A stretch of DNA of 64,000 nucleotides from Octopus vulgaris (Eukaryota): positions 46,500,001-46,564,000 of the forward strand of contig OX597815.1 in assembly GCA_951406725.2 (NCBI GenBank). The letters are read 5' to 3'. Of this stretch, positions 26,076 through 39,625 are shown one piece after another; within the stretch, counting starts at the first letter, position 1; the number at the start of each line of letters is the position of its first letter. A program made the translations under genes and the position numbers. The notes under the pieces are model-generated. The model searched no databases, had not been told where the DNA came from, and saw only the letters and a list, made by a program, of their open reading frames with translations.

Positions 26076-26302
26076 GGGCGGCGAGCTAGTAGAAACGTTA
26101 GCACGCCGGGCGAAATTCGTAGCAGTATTTCGTCTGTCGTTACGTTCCGAGTTCAAATTCCGCCGAGGTCGACTTTGCCTTTCATCCTTTAGGGGTCGAT
26201 AAATTAAGTACCAGTTACGCACTGGGGTCGACGTAATCGACTTAATCCCTTTGTCTGTCCTTGTTTGTCCCCTCTATGTTTAGCCCCTTGTGGGTAGTAA
26301 AG

Positions 26303-26341
<39 letters not shown>

Positions 26342-27983
26342 CACATGTGTGTATGCATGTGTCTTTGTGTTCGTCCCCACCACCGCTTGTCAACCGGTGT
26401 TAGTGTATTTGCGTTCTAGTAACTTAGCGGTTCGATAGAATAAAACATAAAACTTAAAAAGGAAGTACTGGTTTCGATTCATTCGACCAAATATTCTTGA
26501 AAGTTGTGCCCCAGTATGGCTCCGCTTTAATGACTGAAACAAGTAAAATACCCCAGGACTTATTCGTTGTAAGCCTAGTACTTATTCTATCGATCTTTTG
26601 CCGAACCGCTAAGTTACGGGGACGTAAACACACCAGCATCGGTTGTCGAGCGATGTTGGGGAGAGGGAAACACAAACATGCACACATATATACATATACA
26701 TATATACGACGGGCTTCTTTCAGTTTCCGCTTACCAAATCCGCTCACAAGGCTTTGGTCGGTCCGAGGCTATAGAAGAAGACACTTGCCTAAGGTGCCAC
26801 GCAGTAGGAATAAATCCGGAACCATGTGGTTGTTAAGCAAGATACTTACCATACAGCCACTCCTGTGCCTATATATTTCTCAGCAAGATAACTTCCATTA
26901 CAGCGTGGTGCAGTGTGTTCAACAATATACCATGTGATAGGGATATTATAAATTCCAATTTTCATATCTACTGGGACAGAGAGATGGAATATATTTCATT
27001 TCTGGTTTTGAAGGAGTGGCTGTAATGCTTTAAATGTATTCTCCCTCAGTGAAATATAGTTATTTTTTTCGATACCATCGTTGGTCTCGTTACAACAAAA
27101 TTTCCGTATCATCGTTGGTATTATTACAGCAAAATTTCGATATCACCATTAGGCTTGTTACGACGAAATTGTGGTATTTAGTTTGGCTTCCTTAGTACTT
27201 TTACTGTGCTTACAAGGGGATATTAGAGTCTTCATTCCTTCCATTCAGCTACAACTCACTTTTAGATTGTTCTATATAGGGGCATCTATGGCTGTGTGGT
27301 TAAGAAGCTCGCTTAGCAAACACGTTACTGCTTGTTCAGCCTCACTGCCTGGCACCTTAGGTAAGTAGGTCTAACCAATGCCTTGTAAGTGAATTACGTA
27401 GACGGAAAGTGTAAGTCAGTCACATATACGTATATATGTGAATGTGAATGTGTGGTGTGGTGTGGTGTGTGTGTGTGTGTGTATGCTTTGTGTTTGTGTT
27501 TGTCCCTACGGCTGCTTGATAACCGGTGTTGGTTTCTTTGCACCCCAGATTTCCAAAAACAAAGCAAAACATGTATTAGGGTCAATTTGTTTGCCGCAAA
27601 TCATTCAAAGCAGAGCTTCACCATAGCCAGAGTCCAATGACTGAAACAGGTAAAAGAGAAATAAAAGATAAGAGACTTCGTGTCGAGGCAGTTAATGCTT
27701 TAAGAAAATGCTAATTGTTTTTGTATTTAACTGATTATGAAGTGGTTGGTGAGTAGTAATAGACATGGTATATCTAAGGAAACTCAAAGAAATCCGACAG
27801 TTCTTAATCGCATTCTGCACGAGGAAGCACCAGCACACAGCAGTCGCTGAATCTTATGTATATAGTTATTCTAAAGAACATTCTTGTATATGATATATAA
27901 ATGTATACTCAGCGACTTAAAGCGAGTGTCTGAGCAGAAACAAATGTTTTACTTCGCTATTTAAGCCTGCTATTTCGTGTTAT

Positions 27984-28044
<61 letters not shown>

Positions 28045-28047
<3 letters not shown>

Positions 28048-28855
28048 TTATACGATATAGTGCATATTTATACACATAAGGAATCCACTTAGTGTGAGAT
28101 TCAGCACATTAGAGAGAACATCTAGGTTCTATATCCGTTATTTTTGTGGTTTATAGAACCTAGATGTTCTCTCTAATGTGCTGAATCTCACACTAAGTGG
28201 ATTCCTTATATGTATAAATATGCACTATATCGTATAACTAATATATAGTCTTCTTGACTAATTTTTTTTGCACGTTAGACCACAGGAAATGTAAATTTTG
28301 ATTGAATATTTTTAATTTAATTAAATTCCATTTCCCTTTGATATGATTAAACATTATAAATTTTTGGATAAATTTCGGTTAAAGTTGGCGGTTTTTTATT
28401 GTAGCCAACGATAGGACTGCGATTGCGCAGAAAATTTGAAAAGTTAGTTCGTATAAACACGAGACAAGTAGCGGTGCTTGTCTTCTGTCTCTTATACGTT
28501 TAACCCTAGGTTGGACCTCGCCGAAGAAGATCAGACCTTGCGAGCTCCCCGACTTGCTAAAAGAAGATCAGAAACCAATTTGGTCCGGGGTACTAGATGG
28601 TAAATGTTTTTCATTTCCAAATTTATTCCTGTCGAATTTTATCCGTTATTTTTGTGGTTTATAGAACCTAGATGTTCTCTCTAATGTGCTGAATCTCACA
28701 CTAAGTGGATTCCTTATGTGTATAAATATGCACTATATCGTACAACTAATATATAGTCTTCTTGACTAATTTTTTTTGCACGTTAGACCACTGGAAATGT
28801 AAATTTTGATTGAATATTTTAAATTTAATTAAATTCCATTTCCCTTTGATATGAT
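28045..28855 (+). mobile_element. ORF-less PLE/retrozyme-like insertion: inverted 5' piece plus partial tandem of a ~510-bp HHR unit
   Basis: 28045-28131 is the reverse complement of 28152-28239; 28133-28346 is repeated at 28641-28855; (TA)n on both sides. Confidence 0.8.
28515..28591 (+). ncRNA. Type I hammerhead ribozyme motif (U4C core variant)
   Basis: ACCTCG-CCGAAGA-aGATC...GATCa-GAAA-CCAATTTGG-TC^CGGGGT; the GUC site ends at 28585. Confidence 0.65.
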
Positions 28856-28860
28856 ATATA

Positions 28861-28896
<36 letters not shown>

Positions 28897-29039
28897 TGTA
28901 TGTATGTATGTATGTATGTATGTATGTATGTATGTATGTATGTTTGTTTGTACGTGTGTATGTATGTATATATATATGTGTGTGTGTGTGTGAATGAAGG
29001 CTCACAATAGTTTCTGATTAGCAATGCTATAATAATCAA

Positions 29040-29100
<61 letters not shown>

Positions 29101-29104
<4 letters not shown>

Positions 29105-29833
29105 AATGAGGGTGAAAAATTAGATATTAATTTAATAATACCATCAGTTTAACAACAAGGAGGCAATACAGATTTATACGTAAATATAAGAGAGTTACCG
29201 TTAAATGGTTAACTCTAGTGCTAGAAATAGCTCCTTATTCTGGTATAGCCACCGAAGTTGTTTCCACAAAAGAAATAACATTACCTTCAACGTAAGGAAA
29301 GTGAAATACAATGAAAAGATAGATTAATGCTGAACAATTGTTTCTTTATCAATATAATATGCAATTATACTCATATATTTATCTATATGTCATCAGCAGC
29401 ATTTGTCTTCGATACAATTTATTAGACCCTCACGGGCGATAAATACCCATGCAGTCCAATCGATTGCATACATAGTTGTGATTTAGCTTCCCCGCTAAAA
29501 GCATGGTAAGACTTAGTGGAAACGAATACTGCATATAATATTTACTGCAGTATATTAAATTTATAAATTCATAAATGAGGGTGAAAAGTTAGATATTAAT
29601 TTAATAATACCATCAGTTTAACACCAAGTGGCCTAGCTCATAAAAACCAGGGAGACAATACAAATTTATACGTAAATATAAGAGAGTTACCGTTAAGTGG
29701 TTAACTCTGGTGCTAGAAATAGCTCCTTATTCTGGCATAGCCACCGAAGTTGTTTCCACAAAAGAAATAACATTACCTTCAACGTAAGGAAAGTGAAATA
29801 CAACGAAAAGATAGATTAATGCTGAACAATTGT
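29101..29833 (-). mobile_element. ORF-less partial-tandem element (~490-nt unit) with a hammerhead ribozyme
   Basis: 29101-29340 is repeated at 29570-29832; (TA)n flanks; HHR at the repeat boundary. Confidence 0.8.
29326..29403 (-). ncRNA. Type I hammerhead ribozyme with canonical core
   Basis: Minus strand: AATGCTG-CTGATGA-(45-nt AT-rich stem II region)-GAAA-CAATTG-TT^CAGCATT. Perfect 7-bp stem I and palindromic stem III; the base of stem II pairs weakly. Confidence 0.72.
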
Positions 29834-30087
29834 ATATATATATATAATCCCCCAACACCAAAATGAAAAAAAAAAACGGAGGTAAAAGAAGAAAAAACAA
29901 CGCGAGGAAGTGTTACATATAATTTGTTAAAAGGCCAAATGAACCGATAACATCACAAAGTTTCATCTGCATCAATGAATAGTTACAGCAGTGGAAACAC
30001 GTGTAGGTCATTGCAATATGCTGTATATAACAATTAAGTAAATTTTGTGGATGCACAAGTCTCCATATTCATTGTATATATTTATCA

Positions 30088-30309
30088 TGAAGTATATTTG
30101 CCATCTAAATGTGACTAATCATTAAGGGTTAATGCTATTGTAGCTTGTATCCCCAGGAAGAAACATCTCCTCCAGCTGGCTATTGAGACACTTTCTGTAC
30201 CCTATCAGTATTTGCAATACTGATAGGGCACAGTATATTCCTGGGGCTGCAAGCTACAGTAGCATCAACCCTTAAGGGTTAGCCACATTTAGGTGGTAAA
30301 TATACTTCA
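30088..30309. repeat. Fold-back element with diverged ~70-bp outer arms and an inner hairpin
   Basis: TGAAGTATATTT...CCCCAGG / CCTGGGG...AAATATACTTCA; inner CCCTATCAGTATT-tgc-AATACTGATAGGG. Confidence 0.85.
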
Positions 30310-30381
30310 CGATGTTTATACCTCGCTAAGAGATTTATTATATATATGAATTTATGTATGGATGGATGCGTATACGTATGC

Positions 30382-30436
<55 letters not shown>

Positions 30437-30456
30437 TATATACATCTAAATATGCA

Positions 30457-30506
<50 letters not shown>

Positions 30507-30611
30507 CATATATATATATGTATATATATGTCACATAGCATATATTATTATACACATACACATCTGTGTGAGTGTTCCATCTATATGCGTGTACACATAA
30601 AGAAGTGCATA

Positions 30612-30645
<34 letters not shown>

Positions 30646-31034
30646 GATAAGCAGCAGCATTATAAATGCATAACTAAAGGCTTAATGTAGCCTGACTCGG
30701 TTTGTTCATCAGTACTCAGCGTTTGACTGAAAGCAATATTCCTTTGTTATCAAAGCAAAACTGGTTGCAACGAAACCTGTAGGTATGGCTTTTAAAACAA
30801 TAATTACGAAATACATTAGATTTCAACATACAGTCAATATAAAGGCGTATTGATGTACTCGATCAGTTATTGTAATTGCCTGAAACACAGGCTAATAGAA
30901 ATGCATTGCTTATGTGTATATGCGTGTATATGTGTGAGTGTATGTACGTATGACTGTTCATAAGGTCAGACATACACACTCATACACATATAGTCATATA
31001 CATTTACATATATACACATGCATATATATATACA

Positions 31035-31079
<45 letters not shown>

Positions 31080-31265
31080 AATCCAAACGGGAAACAAAAA
31101 AACAACAACAATGGAACAATTACAGTATTATTATTAATAGGCGCTCAGGAAATGGAAGCAGATATATATATTACACACACACACACACACATAGATATTA
31201 AATATTTATATGCATATATATAGGTAAGCATGTATATATGCTTGCATTCATATATTCATTCACAC

Positions 31266-31331
<66 letters not shown>

Positions 31332-31397
31332 ATGTTATATGTATGTATATAGGTATATATATGTATGTGTGTTTATGTGTGTGTATATGTTTATCTG

Positions 31398-31430
<33 letters not shown>

Positions 31431-32619
31431 TTATCTATTTATCTATCTATATTGGTGTTAATCCTATGTCGAGTTATAATAAAAGGTTTTATCAATCTGA
31501 AAGATTACTCAATACTTATGTAGAGTTTCGACCTGCTAGGCAATTTGATGAAGGCTAGTGGGCTGAAACTTCAAAGTCACTGTCAGCACGATTCCTTTCG
31601 GAGTCGATAATATAGGTACCAGCTGACCACTGGTGTCGATGTAATCGACTAAGCTGTCCCCCACCCAACAAATTTTACTTTTAGTGCCTATTATTGAAAA
31701 AATTATAATGAAACAGATATGTAAATGGTCTCTACAATGTTTAATTAGAGGTTTGTAGAATCTGTTATATATGATATCATTCATAATTAGAAGTCAGACT
31801 TCGCGACTATGGCCGTTCATGGCTTTGGTATGACTTGATAAGCTTTCTTCGTACTGGTCGGGTTTTGCATGGATTTCCTATTTATTATGATCAATTCCTT
31901 TCCATTTCATATTTGTTTTTGCAGTATCTTTGAATCTCAGTCTATCCTCCATGGTTTGTTTTCCCCCTTGAGAAGTTGGGATTAAAGGAGTTGTCAGTGG
32001 AGTCTGCTGATGTTCATTCTGTGCCGCAGCCAACGTAAATTTCAACGTAGAGTTTGAAACGAGTTTTGTCATGTGAAATGCAAACGGAAGTACAAATCTA
32101 ACCAAACTTTCATCCAGTCGTCATTTTGGTTGACTTTTCATACAAATCGGCGGATTAAAAAAGAAGTGTGGAATCAGCCACATTGATGGAACGAAACCTC
32201 GATTTGAAATTGTAAACCAACGTGACTTTTACATCATAAACATACATATAAGTACACACCATATAGAGTAAAGACCCCCTTCGGTCATAAATGACCATGC
32301 GATTGCTCCTAAAAATGTTCCCCTCCGAGGTACAAATCCCGGCAAGTTTGTTTATGGAAGACCAGCAGTCACCTATGCATACCAGCCTCCTCCCTCGGCG
32401 CCACCGATGTTATACAAGGGAAAGGAAAAGGCCGATACAGCTTGGTACCAGCAACATCGCAACTCATTTCTACAGCTGAGTTAACTGGAGCAAACTGAAA
32501 TAAAGTGTCTTGTTCAAGAGCACAACACACAGTCCAGGAATCGAACTCACTACCTCATTATTGTGAGTCCGACGCTTTAACCAGTGGGTCATGCGCTTTC
32601 ACCATACACACACACACAC

Positions 32620-32960
32620 ATGACAGAAGTAAACAGGACACACTTATAATCATAAAAATTTATTTAATCTGAAATTATACATTCAAATTATTTATTAATT
32701 ATTACAATGTGAATATTTAATATTTAGTAGACATGCCCTTTGCATTTTTCGATGCAAGGATTCCATTAGGCATGCTACTGATTAGATGACGAATTTTTTC
32801 TTGCAGAATTTTTTGCCAAGTTTCATGCAGTGATCTCAAAAGATCTGGCATTGTGGATACTTCTTATGAAGTGTCCTGTCCATTATACCCCATAGGTGTT
32901 CAATAGGGTTCATATCTTGTGACTGGCTTGGCCATGGAAGCTTTTTGATGACATTCTTTT
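32620..32960 (-). pseudogene. Tc1 (DD34E) transposase C-terminal relic
   Basis: Minus strand LPWPSQSQDMNPIEHLWG...RHLISSMP. Confidence 0.8.
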
Positions 32961-35002
32961 CTACAATAGGCACATGGTCTGAAAATTTGGAGAAGGGGGA
33001 TTGTCGATTACATCGACTCCAGTGCGTAACTGGTACTTATTTTATCGACCCCGAAAGGAAGAAAGGCAAAGTCGACCTCGGCGGAATTTGAACTCACAAC
33101 GTAGCGGTAGACGAAATACCGCGAAGCATTTCGCCTGGCGTGCTAACGATTCTGCCAGCTCGCCCTCTAAAAAGTGATAATAAAAACTTCCCAGCACAAG
33201 AATTACATTTAATACTTCTAGTTCAGGAGAAAATACGAATTATATCACCTCATGTCATATGGATGGAGTGAACAACTTTGTGGCCAAAAGCTTTCAAATC
33301 TGGAGAAAACTACATTAAATATTATAATCCTCAATTGAATTAGTTTTTGATGAAGATTTGCAAATTGTCTTTTCCTCATCGTTTGCTGAGTCCCCTACTA
33401 CATATTCCTCAGTTTTCTTTATTTGTAATTCGTTCCCTGATTATAATATTATATTATACCGGTTTCGAATTTGGTACAAGGCCAGCAACATCAGTACTTT
33501 GCTTGTAGTTTATGAAAGGATGAAAGGCAAAGTGAATCTCGGTGGTATTTGAACTCAGAGCATAAAGAGCCAGAAGAAATGCCTGAAACATTTCGTCCCA
33601 TGTGCTTAATAATTCTGCCAGCTCGCCTCCTTATAGTATTATAATCCTTTCTACTATTGGGCACAAGGCCTGAAGTTTGGGGAAGGAAACTTGTCAATTA
33701 CATATTTAACTGGTACTAATTTTATCGACCCTGAAAGGATGACAAGGAAAGTCGACCTCGGTGAAATTCGAACTCCAAACGTAAAGACAGATGCATTATT
33801 GCTAAGCATTTTGTCCAACGTGCCAACTACTCTGCCAGTGTCATCGACTCATAACATCAGAGTAATACACGAAGAGGCAGGCTAATATCTCTCAATGATC
33901 TTTATATGGAAATATCGTAAAATTACTACGGAAGTTAAGCAAAAATATCTTCCCGTAGGAGTGTAAAAAATTCTTGTATATAATGAAAAGATTAGATAAA
34001 AAGAGCATTCACCAAGAGCTGTAATATCTGGAAAAAGCTGTCATTCCTTGCCAGATAAATGAACAACATGAGTGGAGAAAGAAAGAGAGAGAGAACATTC
34101 AAACTAGGACAGTTTTATTCGTTGATAAAGCAGAATAAATTGATGCAAATATTGATTTATATCATTGACACAGAGATTTATACGGAAAGAATAGTGATAT
34201 TGTTGTGTAATGTTCATTAGCTTTTTTCAGAAACTTTAGCGACATAAGTGACGCGAAGTGAAGTGGATATAAAATGATGCATGATGGAAAAAGAAGAAAA
34301 AAATATATAAAGAAATCCTGGACAGAAGGAGATTTGTAGTAGCTGGAATTCACCTCTGTTTTTCTCTGGTATACTATCAAATACAAACTGAAAGGCCACC
34401 AGCATGGAAACAACTGAAATAATGTTAGAAATGAAAGACATGGCGAATTCAAAAATTAATTTAATAAATCAGAATAGCAAGGGGACAAATAACTATAGAA
34501 ACAAGGAACAAGGAAGCAGAAAATAAACAATTAAATAGTACACTTCTTAATGATTATCTAGTACGGCCAGAGGTGTCAGATTTATTAACATTTGAAACAA
34601 ACCTATCACTTTTAGGCATACATTTTTTTTCCAATCCTGGACCTCCATTTACAACATATTCAACGCATTCTCGGACAAACACAGCCACACATACACACAT
34701 AGAAATACGAATAATCAAACATAATCACACGCAGATATAAGAAGCACACGTGTATGTGTGTGCGTGTGTACGTTGAAACTCTAGCATGGTTATATACATG
34801 CCATATACACATAATAACATTCACGTATACTCTAATATGTAAACAATCGTGTAAAAAGCTCCTGGTGAGCGCGATGCAGTTTCGATTCCCGGTTGAATTT
34901 CATCAGGCAGTTCCATTAAAAAAACGACTGTCTTTCGGAAATTGATGTAAGTAGTCACGGCATCTTACTTCCTCTCACTTAAAAGACTAGGGTTAAATAT
35001 TT

Positions 35003-35318
35003 GTTGTTTTGTTGTTTGTTCCTTCTCAAGCCAGGCATGGCTCATAAGGGCCGGTTTCCTGGTTTCTTTGGCGTATAGGTTCCTCACCTGGACGGGACGC
35101 CGGTCCGTCGCAGGTGAGCTGCAAGATGCAGGAAGAAAAAGTGAGAGAAAGTTGTGGCGTAAGAGTCATCAGAAGTTCGCCATTACCTTCTGTCGGATCC
35201 GCATGGAGCTTAGGTGTTTCACTCATAAACACATACATCGCCCGGTCTGAGATTTGAATCCGCGATCCCTCGACCGCGAATCCGCTGCTCTAATCACTAG
35301 GACATGTGCCTCCACACA
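35003..35318 (-). mobile_element. tRNA-derived SINE (third family, Meta-like central domain)
   Basis: tRNA-like head with GGATTCAAATCTC B box, CCTGCGACGGACCGGCGTCCCGTCCAGG core, (AAC)n tail, and TTAAATATTT repeated on both sides. Confidence 0.75.
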
Positions 35319-36729
35319 GGATTAAATATTTAGCTTATACAAAATTTCAAGTACCTCAAAATAATAAAATGAAAAGAAATAAGACTACAGGACGATATCC
35401 ATGTGTCAGAATTAATTATTTCTTGGAATAATTTTAATGTTTTAATTCTGTCACGGTCATTCAATCGCCTTTAACCTTATTAAATTTTTTTTAACAGTTT
35501 GAAACTTCGAATGCTGGTAGAATTTCTTACGTAGAACACGGTTTATTCTGAACATTTTTGCCAAAGTTTCTTATTTTAGAAGTTATTTCATGTTAAAGTT
35601 GTCGTATTTGGGTAACTTCAACCAATCAACGACGTGTATTCGGTTGAAGAAACTTACTGCTGTTTGCGATAGTAATCGAAGAGGAACAACTTGGATTATG
35701 TTACATTAATCAAACCTCCTCTCTCTTTACTCCTCAACTTATTTCATTTTCTTATGTTTTATCATCTGAAGCAAAGCAACTTACCTCTTGTTTCGGATTC
35801 TCCTGTATTACCATTTAGTGTGGACATTTTTTTTTCTTTTTCTCTATCCTCTATTACTGTTGGATTTATTATATCGCATACTACATTACCCATATTAAAA
35901 GACGACTGAAAAGAACCATCAAGTGGGTGTTAAAGAAAGAATGTGAAAAAGATTCATAAAAGGAGAGTTATGTTAGGCGTTAAAATGTATTTTTTATAAA
36001 GGTTTTATTCGAGAGAAATATTCAATCATATTATAAAAAGATTAAAGCTTTTAACATTTTCTCTGTGATCAATACATGGCAATAATGATAAATTTAGATC
36101 AAGTGCTGCGGCTCCGTTAAAAGCCCGGATACTTCGTTTTATAGAGATCCCAGGCGATACTTGAAATGGAATTGCTCTTGAGTGTGGATCGATAATAAAA
36201 CTTGGCGTTACGTATCGATAAATATAATTGTCATTCAACTGAAAAGTAAAAGTTTGAATGACAATTCATGGAAAGTGGAAGATTCCGCTGCAGTTCTGCT
36301 GTAACGTCTCTCCTTGCTCGTAAAATTTGATCGGAAAGATTTTAAGAAGAGCTTTAATTCACTCAAGTATTAAAATAATCGGGAAAGCTGTCTGTGATGA
36401 TACAAAGGTTGCTACTTATTGTCCACAGGAGTTGGAAGCTATTGCATAAGGACATGAATTCCAATTCGTGTACAAAACTGGGATTTTCTCGAATCGCGTT
36501 TTTTTAGGGCTTTTATTTCTAATGATAAAAAGACAGTTTTAAAGTTCCCCCTAATCGTCTGCTATTTCTTATGAGAAGAAATGCCGCTGCTGATGTGAAA
36601 TTAAAACACCAAAATATAAAAAGCTTTCAGTGACAATTCTTAATCTTAATCTCCTTGTGACTTGCTGTTAAAAAAAAAAAAGCTTGATCGATATGAACGT
36701 TTTCAAACACTGATTTAAGCTTATCTTAC

Positions 36730-38270
36730 TTTACTCTAGAAAGGTACAGTGATAGGTGTATCATTTCCAACGAAGTATTGTTCATTTTGACAAGACAGCA
36801 AGCCACCCAGTGAACTTAGGCGATCTTTCTGGTCAGGGTCATACAGTATCATGCGATTGGTCTAGTCAAGGTTGTTCCCTCTCGTTTTTTTCTGTATGTA
36901 CTGACTCTTGGGCCACTACAGCGAAAACTAGAGACTTTGAGGAACTTTTCACGTGAACTAGGATGCGAAAAACCCGTGATGACAAACACAAATGACATCA
37001 CCATCATAACATCGGACATGAGGCACATAGAGGTGACCGGCACATTGATGATTGCTTGTAATTGTGAAAACGCTGTTGTCATGCCGTTTCGAAGAAAAAA
37101 ATGTTCTTCCTTTTCTTCAAATTTGTAGTCATAAGACCCACGATTTTCCTTTTTCAGTGATTTGTTATCCTTCAGGAGACACCACCTGGATGTTCTGTTT
37201 GAACGTACTGTACCGGTGATTCTGATTCTTAAGGATTTCATTTGTACAAGTAGGTTATAACTTGAGAAAAAGTTATCAGAATAAGTTTCATGATCATTGG
37301 GATTATCTGGGCGATTGGTCATTGATAAAACCACTTTCAAATCGAGACTGTCATTGTTCTTGGTATTGGAAGTAGGATTTTTTTGCTTACCTTTATATAA
37401 ATCCATTCTAAAATAACAGCCACTAGTGGTACAACAAAGCATCCACTGCTTGAAATTATTGGCTTACCTCTTATAAGATGTTTTAGAGAGCTTCTTCCAT
37501 AGTATATTACTATCTGTTCATCTACTGACAGTCTCTTAGAGAATATTCCAACTGCTTGAACTTCTGATTTAGAGCATCAGCTAGCGGTCTAACTTTGAAT
37601 CCTTTATCATCTTTGTAGTTTTCTGCATTTTCATTGTCAATAAAATTAAGAAACCTTTTGATGCTTATAAATCAGTTTCTTGGCATTGTCTTTCGAAAAA
37701 TCAGAGTTTCAAAGTCGTCAGACATACTCCAATAATGCCGTTCACTTGGTAGTTTGTGTTATCCTAAAAAAAAAAAAAAGTAAGATTCCAATGAAATTTC
37801 TCAGTTTGTTGACAAACTAAAATCAAGTACATTTTTTCTGAGTGGAATAAGTGACAGATTCTCTGCAAATTTCACTTAGTAACTCCTCGTCAAGGAAAAG
37901 TTCAAAAATCTCAACTGGGCTCTTGCCAAGTACTTTATCTTTCATTGATTTCATTCTATCATCTGATCCATCAGTATTTGGTGATACAATTTTTGAAAAT
38001 TAGGCTCAGTCTTTTCCCAAGAGAAATCTGAGTTCTTTTTTTTTCCTTTTGGTTGTGTTAGTTCGTCTTCGTTATCACTTCCTGGCACATCCTGTTCGGA
38101 TCTCTGTTCTCATCATCTAAAATCTCATCATCAAAGTCGTCTTCATTTACTAGTGAAGGAATGTCAACATTATCAATAACGTTTTCATCACTGGGTGACT
38201 CATTTTCTTCTGCATAATTTACTGCATCAAGAACTGAATAGAATGACTTCACTGAACGGTAGTAAGCCAT
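36730..38270 (-). pseudogene. Decayed piggyBac (PGBD3-like) transposase
   Basis: Fragments LPSERHYWS, VDEQIVIYYGR, DLYKGK, SDNFFSSYNLL, TGTVRSNR and WHDNSV; acidic N-terminus; multiple frameshifts. Confidence 0.85.
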
Positions 38271-38735
38271 GGGAGAGTATCTGAAAATAAAACTAAAATA
38301 AGAATAATAAAGAAAGAAAATAACAAATAAAAATATATATATTTTCACAGTTGTCTATATATAGAAAATGTTTTCAGCATAAAAAGTTTGCCTCTACAAA
38401 CCGTTTTCTCTTTTACGCTACATCTGTAGAAAACAGTAAAAATGGAGTTCTAGTGACCATGGTCCTTATATTAGGACCAAACTTTTAGAGCATGCTATAT
38501 CTGAGCAAAATTACTTTCAAAGTATAGGACAGTTATAGAACAGTTAGAACGATTATTTATACTATATGCAAATATGGGTTGGATATAAGTACTACTTACC
38601 AAAAATTTTGATTGAATAATAAATGAAACTGAATGTATCCTTTCCCTCAAGATTTTCACCCTGAACTGAAAAATGAGACATCAGCGTTGCCAATAATATG
38701 ATAGTGTTATTATTATTATTATTATTATTTTTATT

Positions 38736-38766
<31 letters not shown>

Positions 38767-38791
38767 CTATTATCATTATCATTATTATTAC

Positions 38792-38870
<79 letters not shown>

Positions 38871-38889
38871 TCGTATACGCACAACGGAT

Positions 38890-39360
38890 TAGATTGTTGG
38901 GAAAATTTCCTACCTTCAGGCTACAACAAGTAACCTTAGATGCCAAGAACCTTGCTAAATATTCTAGCAGTCCTTAATAATACTGTTTTCTGGGGCTGCA
39001 ATAAACTATAAAGGTTATCTCTACATTAACAAGCCACCATTCTTTATATTCAAAGCCTTACCGTCTTCATTCCAGCCACATCCATAAATATCCTTTGCCG
39101 TTTGTACCCAGATTCCTATTTGATCTTAACACTTCTTGAACAAATTCTTATTTTTCATAAAAGTTTCCTCTATCCATTTGTTCAAATCTTTAGGAATAGT
39201 TTCCGATGCACCTATAACTACAGGGATGCATTTTACCTTCGCTTTCCATTGTCTCTATAACTCAATGGTTAGGTCTTGGTGCTTTGCTATTTTTTTTTAT
39301 GCCTCTCACATATTGACAGTTTTCAACATTTGGGACTGTAAAGTCAATTATCTGCCCCTT
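38890..39360 (-). pseudogene. 3' end of an R4/Dong-like non-LTR retrotransposon (restriction-like endonuclease)
   Basis: IIDFTVP...KHQDLTIEL*RQWKAKVKCIPVVIGA...QKTVLLRTARIFSKVL; flanked by (TAA)n arrays. Confidence 0.75.
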
Positions 39361-39368
39361 TCTATTCT

Positions 39369-39445
<77 letters not shown>

Positions 39446-39472
39446 CATTATTATTATTACTGTTATTATTGA

Positions 39473-39527
<55 letters not shown>

Positions 39528-39561
39528 TTATTATTGTTGTTATTATTATTATTATTATTGA

Positions 39562-39625
<64 letters not shown>

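Noticed and set aside
35155-35180. CTGATGA on the minus strand inside a SINE
   Set aside because: There is no downstream GAAA or stem arrangement.
36020-36650. Repeat-poor segment as a possible exon or enhancer (similar islands near 23760-24550 and 50060-50280)
   Set aside because: No recognisable protein and no convincing splice pair; short TF-like words alone are not evidence without conservation data.
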